DNA of 62,409 nt, filler included, from Choristocarpus tenellus KU-1152 (GCA_964200185.2; 10 parts of 10 records of this genome joined end to end with filler, not necessarily neighbours in it); one strand, 5' to 3'; positions 46,020 to 58,792 are shown, counted from the first letter of the whole stretch. The notes: generated from the sequence alone by a model not told the origin. Program-made: numbers and translations.

Positions 46020-49000
46020 CTTGACATTGAGATCCTTAAATGCATTGGAGTTCTGCCTCATGTGTACTAGGACCTCTCCCCACGATAGCTCCTCAGGCAT
46101 ATCCAGGCCAAATAAAGCCAGTGCAAGGCAGCGAACAACAGAGCTGGAATGAGAGGACAGGTTCTGCTCCAGCTGAGCTCTCGAAACCTATCAACAGACG
46201 AGAAGGTACGTGGGGAGTCAACAGAGCTGTTTGTTTGGAAAAGGTGGGGTGGTGCACACTCAGAGGATATGAGATGGGAAGTGGTATCCAAGTGAAAGTA
46301 TCTTAGAGGGTATTAATTTTGCCCTGTTTGTCCATTTGGGGCTTTGCTTCCGATGGGTTTTTTAATGAAATTTTTCCTACTCTGAAATGTTTTGTAGTAG
46401 GTAAAATGTGTACATTATGAAAAGGTGTGTCCAGAACAAGGATGTTGACACTTCCTATCAAACACGATAGCCAAAATTACATCAAAGGCGCAACATTAGA
46501 TTTTGGCCCCCAAACGGACGCAGCTCTACCCTCTAAGATACTTTGACTCACCCAAGGCTCTAGTAAGGTGAGAAGAAATAAACGAGAGGTAGTCAGAGTC
46601 GCATATCAAGAAAGCTAAAAAAATATGTAAAAAATATTATTTTCTTTTTTCAAACATACTATATCAACTTCAACAATAGAAAATATGGGTGAAATGCGAC
46701 AAAAAATTGAAAAAAAAACTAGCACTAAATAATAAAAAACAGCCAGAAGCTGGGTACACCTCACTTACGTTTGGCTCAGATATTGGTAGCTATCACTACA
46801 TATGAACCAGCGGAAACCTGTATCTACTATCAGACACTCTCCACAATGCAGCTTTTGTTGACAAACCTTTGTGTGTGGTGTAGTTACACACCGGTGTGGT
46901 CTCTGTGACCAAGGTTTGGAAAGCTAATGCTGGCAAGCGCATAGTAGACAGGATGCATTGAGAAAATATATTTTTTTGCATCACAATGTTGGTGTGTTTT
47001 GAAAGCGTGGCGTAGCAGGTTACATGCAGCCTGCGCCCAGTCACATACATCACAAATAAACCATGCACTAATGTGAACAAATTATACCTACAGAGAGCTG
47101 TACCTACAGAGAGAGTTGTACATTAAGAGGGCCAGTCCTGCTACCTCCTAGCTCCTGTCCCTTCTAGTGCCGCTGGATGAGGGCAGCTGCTAGTTGGCAC
47201 AGCCTCTTATCATCTCTAATTCTAATTCTAAGAAGAGGCCTGTCTCCAATTTCGCCGAGGCGATCAATGGGCATTGCATCAAGGATTAAGTCCCTGATAT
47301 TCTTTACCCCGACTAAGAAAAGCAATAATGAGACCAGCCGTCCTCTCCAATGGTCCAAAAGTTTAATGAAAAACTTGAATATTTCCTCTCCTTGAGCCTT
47401 GTCCACGGTGATAGCCCCCCACCAAGATATGGCTACCGGCCATTGCACTTGATTCTTGTTCTCTAAACCATTCCCAAACAAGACGATTTGAAATACATAA
47501 ATAAAATAATAACAAGATAACAAGACAACAACCGTAGTAACCTACCCAGCTACCCGCTCAGATTTTGTTTGGGGGCTTATATTATCCTGCAAATGAGTGA
47601 AAGTGCCTCGGAGGGTACGAGTTTTCCCCTGTTTGTCCATTTGGGGCTTGGCTTCCCACGTGTTTTTTATGACATTTTACTACTCCGAAATGTTTCTAGG
47701 AAAATTGTATTTGTTATGAAATGGTGTGCCTGGAACAAGGTTATTGACACTTCCTAACAATCATGATAGCTAAAATTTAATCAAAATCGCAACATTGGAT
47801 TTTATCCCCCAAAAGAACGTCGCTCTACCCTCTACGATGCTTGACTCAATAAAAATCAGTTCCATGCAAAAAAAAGTGGCACCAAAGGAGTTCAAATCTA
47901 CAAGATTAATGGAGTTTCACACTGCCGCTCTACATGGGAATAGTCTCCATGAATAAACCTCTGGCATTGACGGGGTTGGAATCCACGAAATTCGTACAGG
48001 GTTCAACAAAATGGTTGAGTGGCTTATTCTATTCTGTCACAGCAATCTTCCTAGACAGCATTATACCTACCTACAGCAACTTTTTTGGGTGTGCCCACAA
48101 TCACACGTCCAAAAGACTCAGACAGCACTCGATCACACCCAGCTCCACATTGGATAACCTTTGCTTGATTTACTTGCTTGGCCCAGCTTCACAACAAGGA
48201 GAGTTTTGTACACACATGACCAACTTTTGCTCTTTGAAGGAAAATGCATACTTTTTTGTATTTTTTGCATTTGTACACTTCCAGTGTATATGATATTGTT
48301 CATGTATATGCACTTCATGGCGTTGATATGGAAGATGACAGTAAGATATATTTCACGATTGAAAGCTAACAAGACACGAGAATGCATTCGTGGTTAGGGC
48401 AAGGTACTGTACCAAAGGTGCCTCGGACAATGCACACAGCGCTCCAGTGGCATTGCTTCATCTTGGTGAACATCTATTCTGAGATCTAAGAACGAATAGT
48501 TTATTCAGAACATGGCAAAAAAAGGTTGGTTAAAGCATATGAAGATGATGCCCTAGTCCCCCCTGTCTGTGGAAGCGTTCACAACTCCGTTTTTATTGTC
48601 GGACACAATATGTGAATGTAGAAAAAAAAGTAAGGAAACTGGGATACGACGTCCTAGTTCACTCATTGTGCTGAAGATTATCTACACGTAGCTTTGAGGA
48701 CTGGTGGGACTTAACAATTGATGAGACTCCCAACACAAGTGGAAAGCGCGTTAAGAATTTCCCTTGGCGTCACAAGATCTGTGACAAGGTTAGAATTATT
48801 ATATGAGACAAACCGTTTAAGAGGGTAGAGTTGCGTCCGTTCGAGGGTCATAAACCCAATTTTGCACTTTTGATGAATTTTGGCTATTGTGTTTGTTAGC
48901 AAGTGTCAATACCCCTGCTCCGGACACACCTTTCATAGTTGTATACATTTGAGGTAACTGTGTTCACACAGAAAACCGAACAAGGGCAATAAAAACCCAC

Positions 49001-51659
49001 GGGAAGCCACGCCCTGAACAGACAAACAGGGCAAAACTCCTATCCTATTAAATGCTTTGGGTTATACATCAAGATCCACCAAAAGGTAATATGAAGTGAG
49101 TGAAAGTATCTTAGAGAGTAGAGTCGTGTCCGTCTGGGGGCCAAAATCCAATGTTGCAATTTTTATGTAAATTTGGCTATCGTGTTCGTTAGGAAGTATC
49201 AATATCCTTGTTCCAGACACACCTCTTCATAATTAATACATTTTACCTACTCCGAAATTTTTCGGAGTAGGTAAAATGTCATTAAAAAACCCATGGGAAG
49301 CCAAGACACAAACGGACAAACAGGGCAAAATTCGTACCCTAACCCTAACATACTTTCACTCAAATCCTCTGGAGTATGACTTTTCTGGCCGGTGAGTTTG
49401 AACAGACAAAAAGAAGAAGAAAAAATAGCAGAACAACAGTTACAGCACACTTAGGGTTAGGGTTCCAAAGAAAGAGAGCAAGAGTAAATACTCAGTATGG
49501 GAAAAAGCACTGCAAGGAAGTTCAAGGGAACGGAGAGGGGCAGGGAAGAAGTGGAGGGTGGGATTGAGGAAAAACAGGGCATTGATGTAGATTTCGAATG
49601 AGGTCTAAGGTTGAAAGAGGCATTGAACTTTCAGGAGATCAAGTGTTCCATTTTTTTGTTGCTGCAGTCTCCGGAGTAGATGCTTGAAAACATGCCTTGA
49701 CATGAGTGATTGTTCATTGATATGTGAGCACATAGTTGCATGCTTAGCAGGTATCAGGAAAACCAAAGGAGAGACCACCTCCTTACAACTATTTGAAGTC
49801 TCAGCTAAGATCCGATATTTCCTTGACGTGTGGAAGGATCCAGAACCCTGGACGACAGAAATTGCACCAAGAATGAAGTGATCATACCCTCTTTCATGCT
49901 CTCACCAATCCACCATTGGCAGCAGCACTAGAGCGAAGTACATGGAGGATGGAGAGAATCGTCTTGGCACAACCCACCGTACCCAGAGAGCTGCAGATTG
50001 AGTAGTCAAAGTACCTATTTTGGCACACAAGAACAAGAAACAGGGTGTTAAGGTGTAAAGGTGTAAAGCTGCAAAGTGTGGGGTGATTAACCTGCCTGGA
50101 CTGATGATATATATCTGTATATATATATGAGGAGAACACACTTTGAGCCCAAGTATCCTAGAGGGTAGGGCCGCGTCCATTTGGGGGCCAAAATACAATG
50201 TTGCGATTTTGATGTAATTTTGGCTCTTGTGTTTGTCAGGAAGTGCCGAAATTCTTGTTTCAGACACACCTTTTCATAACGTATACATTTTACCTACTTC
50301 GACACATTTTGGAGTAGGAAAATATAATAAAATACCCCGAGGGAAGCCAAGCCCCAAATGGAGAAACAGGGCAAAACTCGTACCCTTAAAGATACTTTTA
50401 CTCTTTGAAATGTGGGATGGAGATACCTTGTGCTAGTGCAATGCTAATTAGAGGCGCTAGCATTATACCCGTCCCCAGTCAAAGCAGGAAGTCCTCGTAA
50501 CAGAGTCCCCCAGGGCTGCTGTTCGAGGATTTGTTTAGGATAAGGTCAGGTTCTGGTATTGGTGCAAGATGTGTCAGGGGAGAAAATTCTGGCCGTCCGT
50601 GAATAAGAGCTTGATGCCACTTTACCACATACTCGAAATTGTGAATTGAGTTCCCCAGCCAGACTTTACGACCGGTCATGATAAAATGATTCTATTTGCT
50701 CTCAATGATTGAAATGGAGTCTGTTTACAAGCCTTGTTCTTTCTCACAATGTATCTGCGAATGAAAGTATCTTATTAAGAGAGGGTACGAGGTTTGCCCT
50801 ATTTTTTCGTTTGGGACTTGGCTTCCCAAGGTTCTTTTTTAATGACATTTTCCTATTCTGAAATTTTTCGGAATGGAACAAATGTATACGTTTTTGGAGT
50901 AGGTTTCATGCATAAAACTATGAAAAGGTGTGTCCAGAACAAGGATATTGACACTTCCTAACAAACACGATAGCCAAAATCACATCAAAATTGCAACAAT
51001 GGATTTTGGACACCAAACGGACGTGGCTCTACCCTAACCCTAAGATACTTTGACTCTATATGTGTTCAAGACTAGGTTTGGCTAAATGTTTGCATTTCTA
51101 TATACGATCAGGATGCATGACCCATTCACTCTCAGAGTACCGTTTCCAGCTCACACTTGAGATGACAAGAAGCAGCCTTCAAGGATCTACTTGGGTGATG
51201 GCAATACAAACCTATCATTTGCTTCGAACAGGAGCTCTCTCCCCTCCTTCTTTCCCTCAAACCCTCTGACTCCTGAAGTGCCTCCTATTTCAAGTGAATG
51301 CATAGGCATACCCCCTTGTGGCATTCCATGCTCATTGATCTGCTTCACATGCTCCCCTGATCCGGGCTCTGCCCTGGCTCCCCAAGGAGTATGCAACAGG
51401 TTGATGGCAATATCTTTGCCACCTTCTCCAGTACTCCCCAAGTCTCCACGTTGACGCCTTCGCTGATCCCAGCCCTCACTCTGTGCAGTGACAGTCCTGT
51501 TGCGCACAATAGCCAACAAGTGGTTTGCTCTTCTGACATGATTTGACACCTGAGAGAGGGTAAGGGATCCTCTGTTGTGATTCTATTGTATCAGAAAGGT
51601 GGAAGGCTAGGACAAGGGGAGAGAGAGAGAGAGTGAGTGAGAGAGAGTGAGTGTGTGTA

Positions 51660-51701
<42 letters not shown>

Positions 51702-52151
51702 GAAATGGAGAAAGAGAAACTTCAATTTCCCTCTGTATGCTTAGCTGGAAGGTTGTATTCTTTTGCAACAGTGCAGTCAGAGTAGTTCTTCTGTACTGTA
51801 GCTACACACATGCGGAGGGTGGGAACAGAGAAGATCATTCACTTAGGTCGATAGACTGGTTCATTTTCTACTGTATGATTGAATGCACTGGAGCAAGCAG
51901 GTCTCGACTTGATTTCTTCAGTGGCAAGGAAAGAGGACTAGAAATTGACAATAAGAGGGTCCATTTTGGGGAGAGATATCTTGCTCGGGGATGTCATTAT
52001 TTTGACTGATGCCTCGTGCATTAATCCTCAAAGTATCATTTTGACTCTCCTGAGGCCACAGCCCCAGTTGTGAGTAGCCCTCTGCAAGGGAGCACAATGC
52101 CTCCACCATCTCCAAGGACATCTCTCCATAGCACATCCTTGCTAGTGCAAC
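46020..52151 (-). CDS. Internal exons of a TTC23-like TPR protein gene. Exons 52151-52050, 51549-51212, 49990-49906 and 46187-~46020
   Basis: The spliced frame VALARMCYGEMSLEMVEALCSLAEGYSQLGLWPQ|VSNHVRRANHLL resembles the TTC23 N-terminal TPR (ALxRxCYG..LA.GY..GL..Q...H...A). Phases 0,2,0 are consistent. The first donor is GA rather than GT. Confidence 0.65.
46290..46549 (+). mobile_element. MITE family 1 copy
   Basis: AAGTGAAAGTATCTTAGAGGGTA...TACCCTCTAAGATACTTTGACTC. Confidence 0.9.
47595..47847 (+). mobile_element. MITE family 1 copy
   Basis: TIRs as above, TSD AAT. Confidence 0.88.
47930..48800 (+). pseudogene. Possible hAT transposase C-terminal relic
   Basis: SFEDWWDLTIDETPN..ESALRISLGVTRSV (~48690-48785) resembles the hAT dimerisation motif. 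Confidence 0.3.
48804..49062 (-). mobile_element. MITE family 1, decayed inverted copy
   Basis: The interior (ttttggctattgtgtttgttagcaagtgtcaata..cagggcaaaactc) matches the family. Confidence 0.75.
49098..49361 (-). mobile_element. MITE family 1 copy
   Basis: GAGTGAAAGTATCTTAGAG...TACCCTAACCCTAACATACTTTCACTC. Confidence 0.9.
50145..50403 (-). mobile_element. MITE family 1 copy
   Basis: TIRs present, TSD TTT. Confidence 0.88.
50759..51056 (+). mobile_element. MITE family 1 copy with small insertions
   Basis: GAATGAAAGTATCTTA...TACCCTAACCCTAAGATACTTTGACTC. Confidence 0.85.
51619..51700. repeat. (GA)n/(GT)n compound microsatellite
   Basis: Directly visible. Confidence 0.9.
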
Positions 52152-52316
52152 CTGCATGCCAGTGTCCAATGCCGAATTTTTATATTATTTGGTGAGTGAG
52201 ACCGTCAGGAAAAAACCCCTATAGAATGTGCCCATTGGCAGGTAGAAAAGGCTTGAGGTTAGGGTTAGGGTTAGGGTTGGGGCTAACCCTGACCCCTATA
52301 GAAAAAGAAACGGAGA

Positions 52317-52383
52317 GAGTGAAAGTATCTTAGAGGGTACGAGTTTTGCCCTGTTTGTCCATTTGGGGCTTGGCTTCCCTTGG
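52317..52383 (+). mobile_element. MITE family 1, truncated by contig end
   Basis: GAGTGAAAGTATCTTAGAGGGTACGAGTTTTGCCC. Confidence 0.88.
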
Positions 52384-52599
52384 NNNNNNNNNNNNNNNNN
52401 NNNNNNNNNNNNNNNNNNNNNNNNNNNTTAATTAATTAANNNNNNNNNNNNNNNNNNNNNNNNNNNNNNNNNNNNNNNNNNNNAACATTTCGACACTTTT
52501 GACAACAAAGGTCTTTGATGTACACTACACCAAAATTTGACCTTGGTCTTTTGATCTAGTCCGCTGACCAAGCTGTATCGTGCAGAGGTCTGCAGTACA

Positions 52600-52830
52600 G
52601 ACCCAAAGTACCTGGGGGGCGGGGGGAGGGGGGGTCTACACTAAGGTGCCCATTTGGGTCAAAACCAGGAAAGGTGTTCTTACATTATCCATCCAACGTA
52701 TGGAACCAAATCACCCAAGAATCACGACATGAAAAAATTGGTCCCAAATGGACAGCCGCCACCTCTCCCAGATGCTTCCAGCCAGGATCAAAAACGGACG
52801 CCGGCACCCCCCCCCAGATACTCTGACCCG
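52600..52830 (-). mobile_element. MITE family 2 copy with a partially duplicated end
   Basis: GACCCAAAGTACCTGGGG...CCCCCAGATACTCTGACCC, with ACA on both sides. Confidence 0.82.
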
Positions 52831-53477
52831 ACAAGTGCTTCCTGGCTTAGGATGAACGTACATACTCAACAAAGTATTACTTTACTACGTTCCACCCAAA
52901 ACGTTTGCTTTGATAGGTCTGGACAGTCATCATCTCTAAGATGATGCGTAAATGCATCCGAGAAAGTGGACAACAACAAGGAACTAAGCACTCATCTATT
53001 TCGGGGTAACAAGCTGTCTGAACATTAGGCCATCATAACATTTTTAAACTACCGTAAAGTGAAGGTGAGCAAGATCAATGACAAAAATCTCCTCCAAAAT
53101 AGAAGGGTCTACATCCGACAGGTACGCCAGATTGAGCAAACGGGGAGCATTTCTCCAGCGTACACATCAGCCCCTTCAAAGCTTTGTCAGAACTAAATTG
53201 CAAAACTAAACAGTCCTTCCATCATGCCTTTCCAAATATCAACAAACGCGCTACTAGTTCCTGCTATGATATCATAAATGACCATCTACATTCCACCTCA
53301 TCTGATCCATCAGGTGAAATTCAACACTTATATTCTCTTGGAATGCGCTCTTCTACCTATAAATTAACTCACATTTGGTAGCAGTTGGGCTATGTGCATA
53401 GGTACTCATTCAGAAAGATGTTGATGCATAGTTGCTATTGTATGACATAAAGTGTATTGGAATAAGAGGTTTTCCTA

Positions 53478-56269
53478 TCAATGATCATGGCCTCCTACAC
53501 CCGATTCGCAGTGTTTGTCAGCAAGTAGGAGCAACCCAAGGAATACCCCACCAGTAACAAAGGCTAACAGCAACTTAAGTCTCTGAAGTAAACTTTTCTT
53601 GCCCACATCAATTAAGGCTTCTGGTAGCATTTCACAAAGGGCCACAAATATAAATATTCCTCCACCAAGGAGAAGCATGATGCCCAGTTGCTGTGAAGTG
53701 ATTTTGCCATCCAGAAGCATCATCACCACCACACCAGCAACTGCGGGAAGCGCAGTCAACACGTTGAACAAGAGCGCCTGTGGAGAGGAGAGGGTCACAC
53801 ACAGGAGATGGGTTAAGGAGTTGGAATGTTGTCGAGTTGTGTGACAAGTGCAATTTCAAGACTTCAGATAATGGGTCAAGTATGGTAACACTCATAATCA
53901 TCCACAAGTTGTCAAGTGTTTAGCCTTGTGTGACGTCTCTGGGGTTTATCAAAAAGCGCAGGGCAAGTAAATGCGGTAAAAAGATGTATCGAACTGGATT
54001 GCAGGGGGCTCAGATTGAAGGATCTATTGCCTTCCCAATGCCTCACATAGAAATCAAGTCACTCGCACATCGTTGATGAGAAATGTGATGGACAACACTA
54101 GAAAGATAAATAGTAAACCAATATAACCACATCAAAACCTCAATCCTAGCATAATTCAATGAGTACACCTGTGGTGCAGAAGGCCTTGTATCCCCCCACC
54201 ACAAGCCCCTACCTCACCCACCTGAGGAACACTCAAACCCTCCCGCACAAGTGTCAAGAAATCAACCACTTCGAGCGGAAGTTCATGGGCAACTGTTGCT
54301 GCTGTCACTGTCCACCCTGTCTGAGGATTGCACGCCAAGAATGTAGCCCCAACAATGAGCCCATCCGTGAAGTTGTGTATGAAATCCCCAACAATGATAT
54401 TCCAACACAAGGGACTAAAGTGCTTCAGGTCAAACAGAGAACGATTTTTCCCTGCAATCTTCTTCACAACCATATCTGAAGCCTCAACATCACCAGCCAC
54501 ACCGGATGATGGAGCAACAGCTCCCACCGTTCTGACTTCAGGGCTGCCTTCCACATTGTGTGAATGACTGTGCCCAACTGCAAGATGGAGGACGAACCCG
54601 ATGAATATTCCACAGAGAAGAGCGACCCCGCTCCACAGCCCAGTATCGTGCAAGTCAGAGTATGATGAAGATACACTTTCCATCGCCTCAGGCACCAAGT
54701 GCACAATGGAGATAGTCACAATGGCTCCAGAGCCAAACATGTATGCCTCTGACAAGTTGAGCTTTTCCTCCGTCTTCGACCAAGCCAAAAAAAGTAACCC
54801 GGCCAGGCTGATAGTGTGGCACAGTTTGTGAGGAGTGAAACATGGAGATCGGGTGGGTGTATCAAATCAGAGGTACAATAGTGTAATCAGTGGTTAAGAT
54901 AACAACCTCTGCGGTGCCACTTGGACTAGAGGAACAGACACAGTATTGCAGTGCAGATTGATGGATTAAATGCAGTGGAGGAATGAATTTCACCAGTTGA
55001 TCCAGCAAGGAGTGCTTTCCAGCGGTAGCACAGTAACTTCTCTTGATTGCAGAGTTTCAAAGCTGAAGGTTCTGTCGAGAGGCACGACCTATAGGATTCC
55101 ACAAATGAGCAAAGAACTATCTGCTGTTAAAAAAGGTCGCAGTACAAGAGCGACAAGCCTGAGACTTGAATAAGCACCAACCTGCATGAGGAGATGACTA
55201 ATGATGCAAACAAGGCGTTTGCCCACTGCTTCCCAGTTGCCCCGGTGTCTTCACCTCCATCTCCTGAGTCGTCATGTTCCATCAAAATCTCTTCCGGGGA
55301 GATCGTACTACCTCCAGGGGACAACACGACAGCTCCGAACTCTTCGGGTTCATGCTGCATGATCAATGCATACTCACCCGCTGAGGGAGACACAAAGCTA
55401 ACATTGACGGCAGAATTACTATTCACCAAGGAAACGGTGTAGATGGTTGATTCGGAAGGGACAGCAAGGTCTCCGGTCAGCACTTGTTTGGGGTCATTAT
55501 CACCATCAAAGAACTCGGCCCAGACTGCAGAGATCACAAGACGGCGGGAGAGATCGAGGGATGTCATCACGAAACCTGAGAGCATTCGGAGTCTACAGCC
55601 TACACCCCACAGGAAGCTTACATTCCCAGGGGTTGGGCATACTGGATTTGTCGGCGGAAGTTGGGGACCTTAGAGGTTGAAGTAAACAGTTTTTTTAAAT
55701 ACCGTGCGCAGGAGAACGGGCTCGTCTCCAAACTGGGTGCAGTCATACTAAAGGTAACATTATCCTCGTGAGACACTAATCACTCCATCGCTTCTACAGA
55801 TAGCACATCTTGACTATCTCGCGAAGCTTGCATGATACACCAAACTAATACTGCAACGTAATACATATAATCACAGTTGCACGCTTTTTTTCTGGAGGAT
55901 GTTGTAAGCGTCGTAAGGCAACCAGGAAAACAAGTATGTATCTTGAGCAGGAACGTGGAGATAATCTCACTTACCGTCTTCGACCTCATGCAGAAGACTT
56001 TCCAGAGTGTCGTCGCCTGCAACTCTCCTACCATGATCTTCTTCGTGATCATGATTATCCTCGACTGCCACCACCATGAACGCAAAGCTGTCATAGATAA
56101 AACTTGTGCCATTTACTGGTTCGAGACGCAACACATGGATGCCATGATCGAAATCGTAGAGTCCGGCATACTCTGGAGAACTATCTTCCGACAGTGACCT
56201 CGACTCACAAACGAGAAGGATTCCGAGGCCAACAGCAAGAGTAGTTCCTAGTCTCATCAAACCAACCAT
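53478..56269 (-). CDS. ZIP (SLC39/Zrt-Irt, LIV-1-like) metal transporter. Exons 56269-55975, 55524-55182, 54807-54222 and 53777-53478
   Basis: Signal peptide and His/acidic ectodomain, followed by FGSGAIVTISIVHLVPEA, HSHSH loop, WNIIVGDFIHNFTDG, AHELPLEVVDF and GGGIFIFVALCEMLPE. GT-AG junctions have compatible phases (1,2,0). Confidence 0.93.
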
Positions 56270-56299
56270 ATTGGCCGTGCAAAGGTAGGACGTGGGGTG

Positions 56300-57278
56300 N
56301 NNNNNNNNNNNNNNNNNNNNNNNNNNNNNNNNNNNNNNNNNNNNNNNNNNNNNNNNNNNNNNNNNNNNNNNNNNNNNNNNNNNNNNNNNNNNNNNNNNNN
56401 NNNNNNNNNNNNNNNNNNNNNNNNNNNNNNNNNNNNNNNNNNNNNNNNNNNNNNNNNNNNNNNNNNNNNNNNNNNNNNNNNNNNNNNNNNNNNNNNNNNN
56501 NNNNNNNNNNNNNNNNNNNNNNNNNNNNNNNNNNNNNNNNNNNNNNNNNNNNNNNNNNNNNNNNNNNNNNNNNNNNNNNNNNNNNNNNNNNNNNNNNNNN
56601 NNNNNNNNNNNNNNNNNNNNNNNNNNNNNNNNNNNNNNNNNNNNNNNNNNNNNNNNNNNNNNNNNNNNNNNNNNNNNNNNNNNNNNNNNNNNNNNNNNNN
56701 NNNNNNNNNNNNNNNNNNNNNNNNNNNNNNNNNNNNNNNNNNNNNNNNNNNNNNNNNNNNNNNNNNNNNNNNNNNNNNNNNNNNNNNNNNNNNNNNNNNN
56801 NNNNNNNNNNNNNNNNNNNNNNNNNNNNNNNNNNNNNNNNNNNNNNNNNNNNNNNNNNNNNNNNNNNNNNNNNNNNNNNNNNNNNNNNNNNNNNNNNNNN
56901 NNNNNNNNNNNNNNNNNNNNNNNNNNNNNNNNNNNNNNNNNNNNNNNNNNNNNNNNNNNNNNNNNNNNNNNNNNNNNNNNNNNNNNNNNNNNNNNNNNNN
57001 NNNNNNNNNNNNNNNNNNNNNNNNNNNNNNNNNNNNNNNNNNNNNNNNNNNNNNNNNNNNNNNNNNNNNNNNNNNNNNNNNNNNNNNNNNNNNNNNNNNN
57101 NNNNNNNNNNNNNNNNNNNNNNNNNNNNNNNNNNNNNNNNNNNNNNNNNNNNNNNNNNNNNNNNNNNNNNNNNNNNNNNNNNNNNNNNNNNNNNNNNNNN
57201 NNNNNNNNNNNNNNNNNNNNNNNNNNNNNNNNNNNNNNNNNNNNNNNNNNNNNNNNNNNNNNNNNNNNNNNNNNNNNN
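56300..57278. other. Scaffold gap (N run without the TTAA linker)
   Basis: About 979 consecutive N. Confidence 0.97.
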
Positions 57279-57800
57279 CCAGCAAATGATGACAAGCATT
57301 TCAACTGGGATTTAGTTTGTTGTGGAATATGTCCCAGCAGGAGAGGGCTTAGAGCCAGCCAAGCATACTTCCCGGGAGGAGTTCCGCACTTTGATGCAGC
57401 AGACTACCCCCAGGTATAGGCCCTTTAATCTGATGGACGCAAATTCTTGCACCGGAAAGAGAGGTGAGGGAAGGGGGATCTCGACAGCAGGATTCCTGAG
57501 GCATGTGGAGGAGATGTGTTCAATCATAATGGTGAGCACCTGTTGATGCTTGAATCAATGAACAGAGATTTCAACCTGTTAATACATATCCAGTGTACCC
57601 AAGGGAAAAGAGTCTCATACGTATATGGGCCATCGAGGGAAAATGGGGTCCCTTACACTCAGGCTGATCGTCACCCCATTTGCAACATGAGGGTGCATAC
57701 AATCTTAACAATGAAATCGGATCACCATATCGATCACTATTGCTCCCTATCCTTGCTTGTTTTGCTCCCAATGGCAGGTGCGACCACAAGGAGGTTACGT
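57279..57800 (+). mobile_element. Degenerate RTE-type LINE AP-endonuclease fragment
   Basis: FVVEYVP, LMDANSCTGKRG, NHNGEHLL, TQADRHPICNMRVH and KSDH motifs with frameshifts. Confidence 0.75.
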
Positions 57801-58311
57801 GAAACGGTCCATCCACAGGCACGATAATGCTATGGCTCAAAACTTTGCTTCAACATCGTTTTTCTTTCCTTCCTTGAAATTCCACGAATAATTTTAAGAA
57901 TTCAGAGAAAAACATAGAATGAACCTTTTTGGGGGGGGGGGGGCATATAACGTCGATGTAGATGAGGAGAGGGTCAAGATTCAGAGATGAATATGTTGGG
58001 TTTTCGGCTTCAGATAAGGTTTTTTTCAATTTAGGAGGTACAAGTAGGACAGTCTAAATTCTCAATCACAGGGACTTGGAAGATATTTGGTTTGTATTTT
58101 TTTTGCATTTCTTTTATTTCACTCTGGAAGAGGGCAGCCTCTCTCATTTGTATGTGTTTGTGGCCATGTCAGCGCTCTAGTCTTGTATTAAACATCAGTA
58201 CCGCCTAGAATTGGGGGCCAGAAATGGCAAATCTAGGAGATATCCCACTGAGGGAGTCGGCGCAAAATAGACAAAAAGTGGAAATAAACATATCGTGCTT
58301 TGGGACACATC

Positions 58312-58792
58312 TGTTACAGGCGCCCCTCAATGCTCACATTTCCAGGATGTACAAGTCAAGTCCAATTCACAGATTATCAAACGTCAGCTCAGCAGAACAT
58401 GGATACTCTCAATTGAATCAATCAGCATAAGATATATATATGGTTTTCGATATCAGAAAGAGAGTGAGCTTATGTGGGTCTTAGGTCAGAAGAACTGAAC
58501 CGCTTTGAGCCATTTTTAGAAACTCTAATCATCATTTACCGTTGGGGTTTATTCGGGTATATAAATTCTGCCATATATCTGAGAAAACTTTATTCGGGTT
58601 TACAAATACTGCCATATATCTGAGAGCCCTTCCCTACCATCCATCCGTGACCCTCTGCAACTACCCACGTTACAGTTTATTCTACAACTTTTAGGCAAAT
58701 CGGAGTTCCCCCTTTTGAGGTTCCCCACGCGGGTATACTGCTCGTGCTGGTTAAAGCGCGGGAAGAAATACTCGCGTTATTCGCCTGTAACA
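58312..58792 (-). mobile_element. Gypsy solo LTR (481 bp), same family as 27862-28334
   Basis: Perfect 11-bp terminal inverted repeat TGTTACAGGCG...CGCCTGTAACA, TSD CATC. Both ends are homologous to the LTRs in the Gypsy contig. Confidence 0.88.

Noticed and set aside
52484-52960. EsV-1-7-like cysteine repeat relic on the minus strand (DDDCPDLSKQTF, KRPRSNFGV)
   Set aside because: The similarity is too fragmentary to support a call.
55967-57419. Long ORFs of 330-445 aa
   Set aside because: They are artefacts of translating through the N gap. Only 56269-55975 is a real exon.
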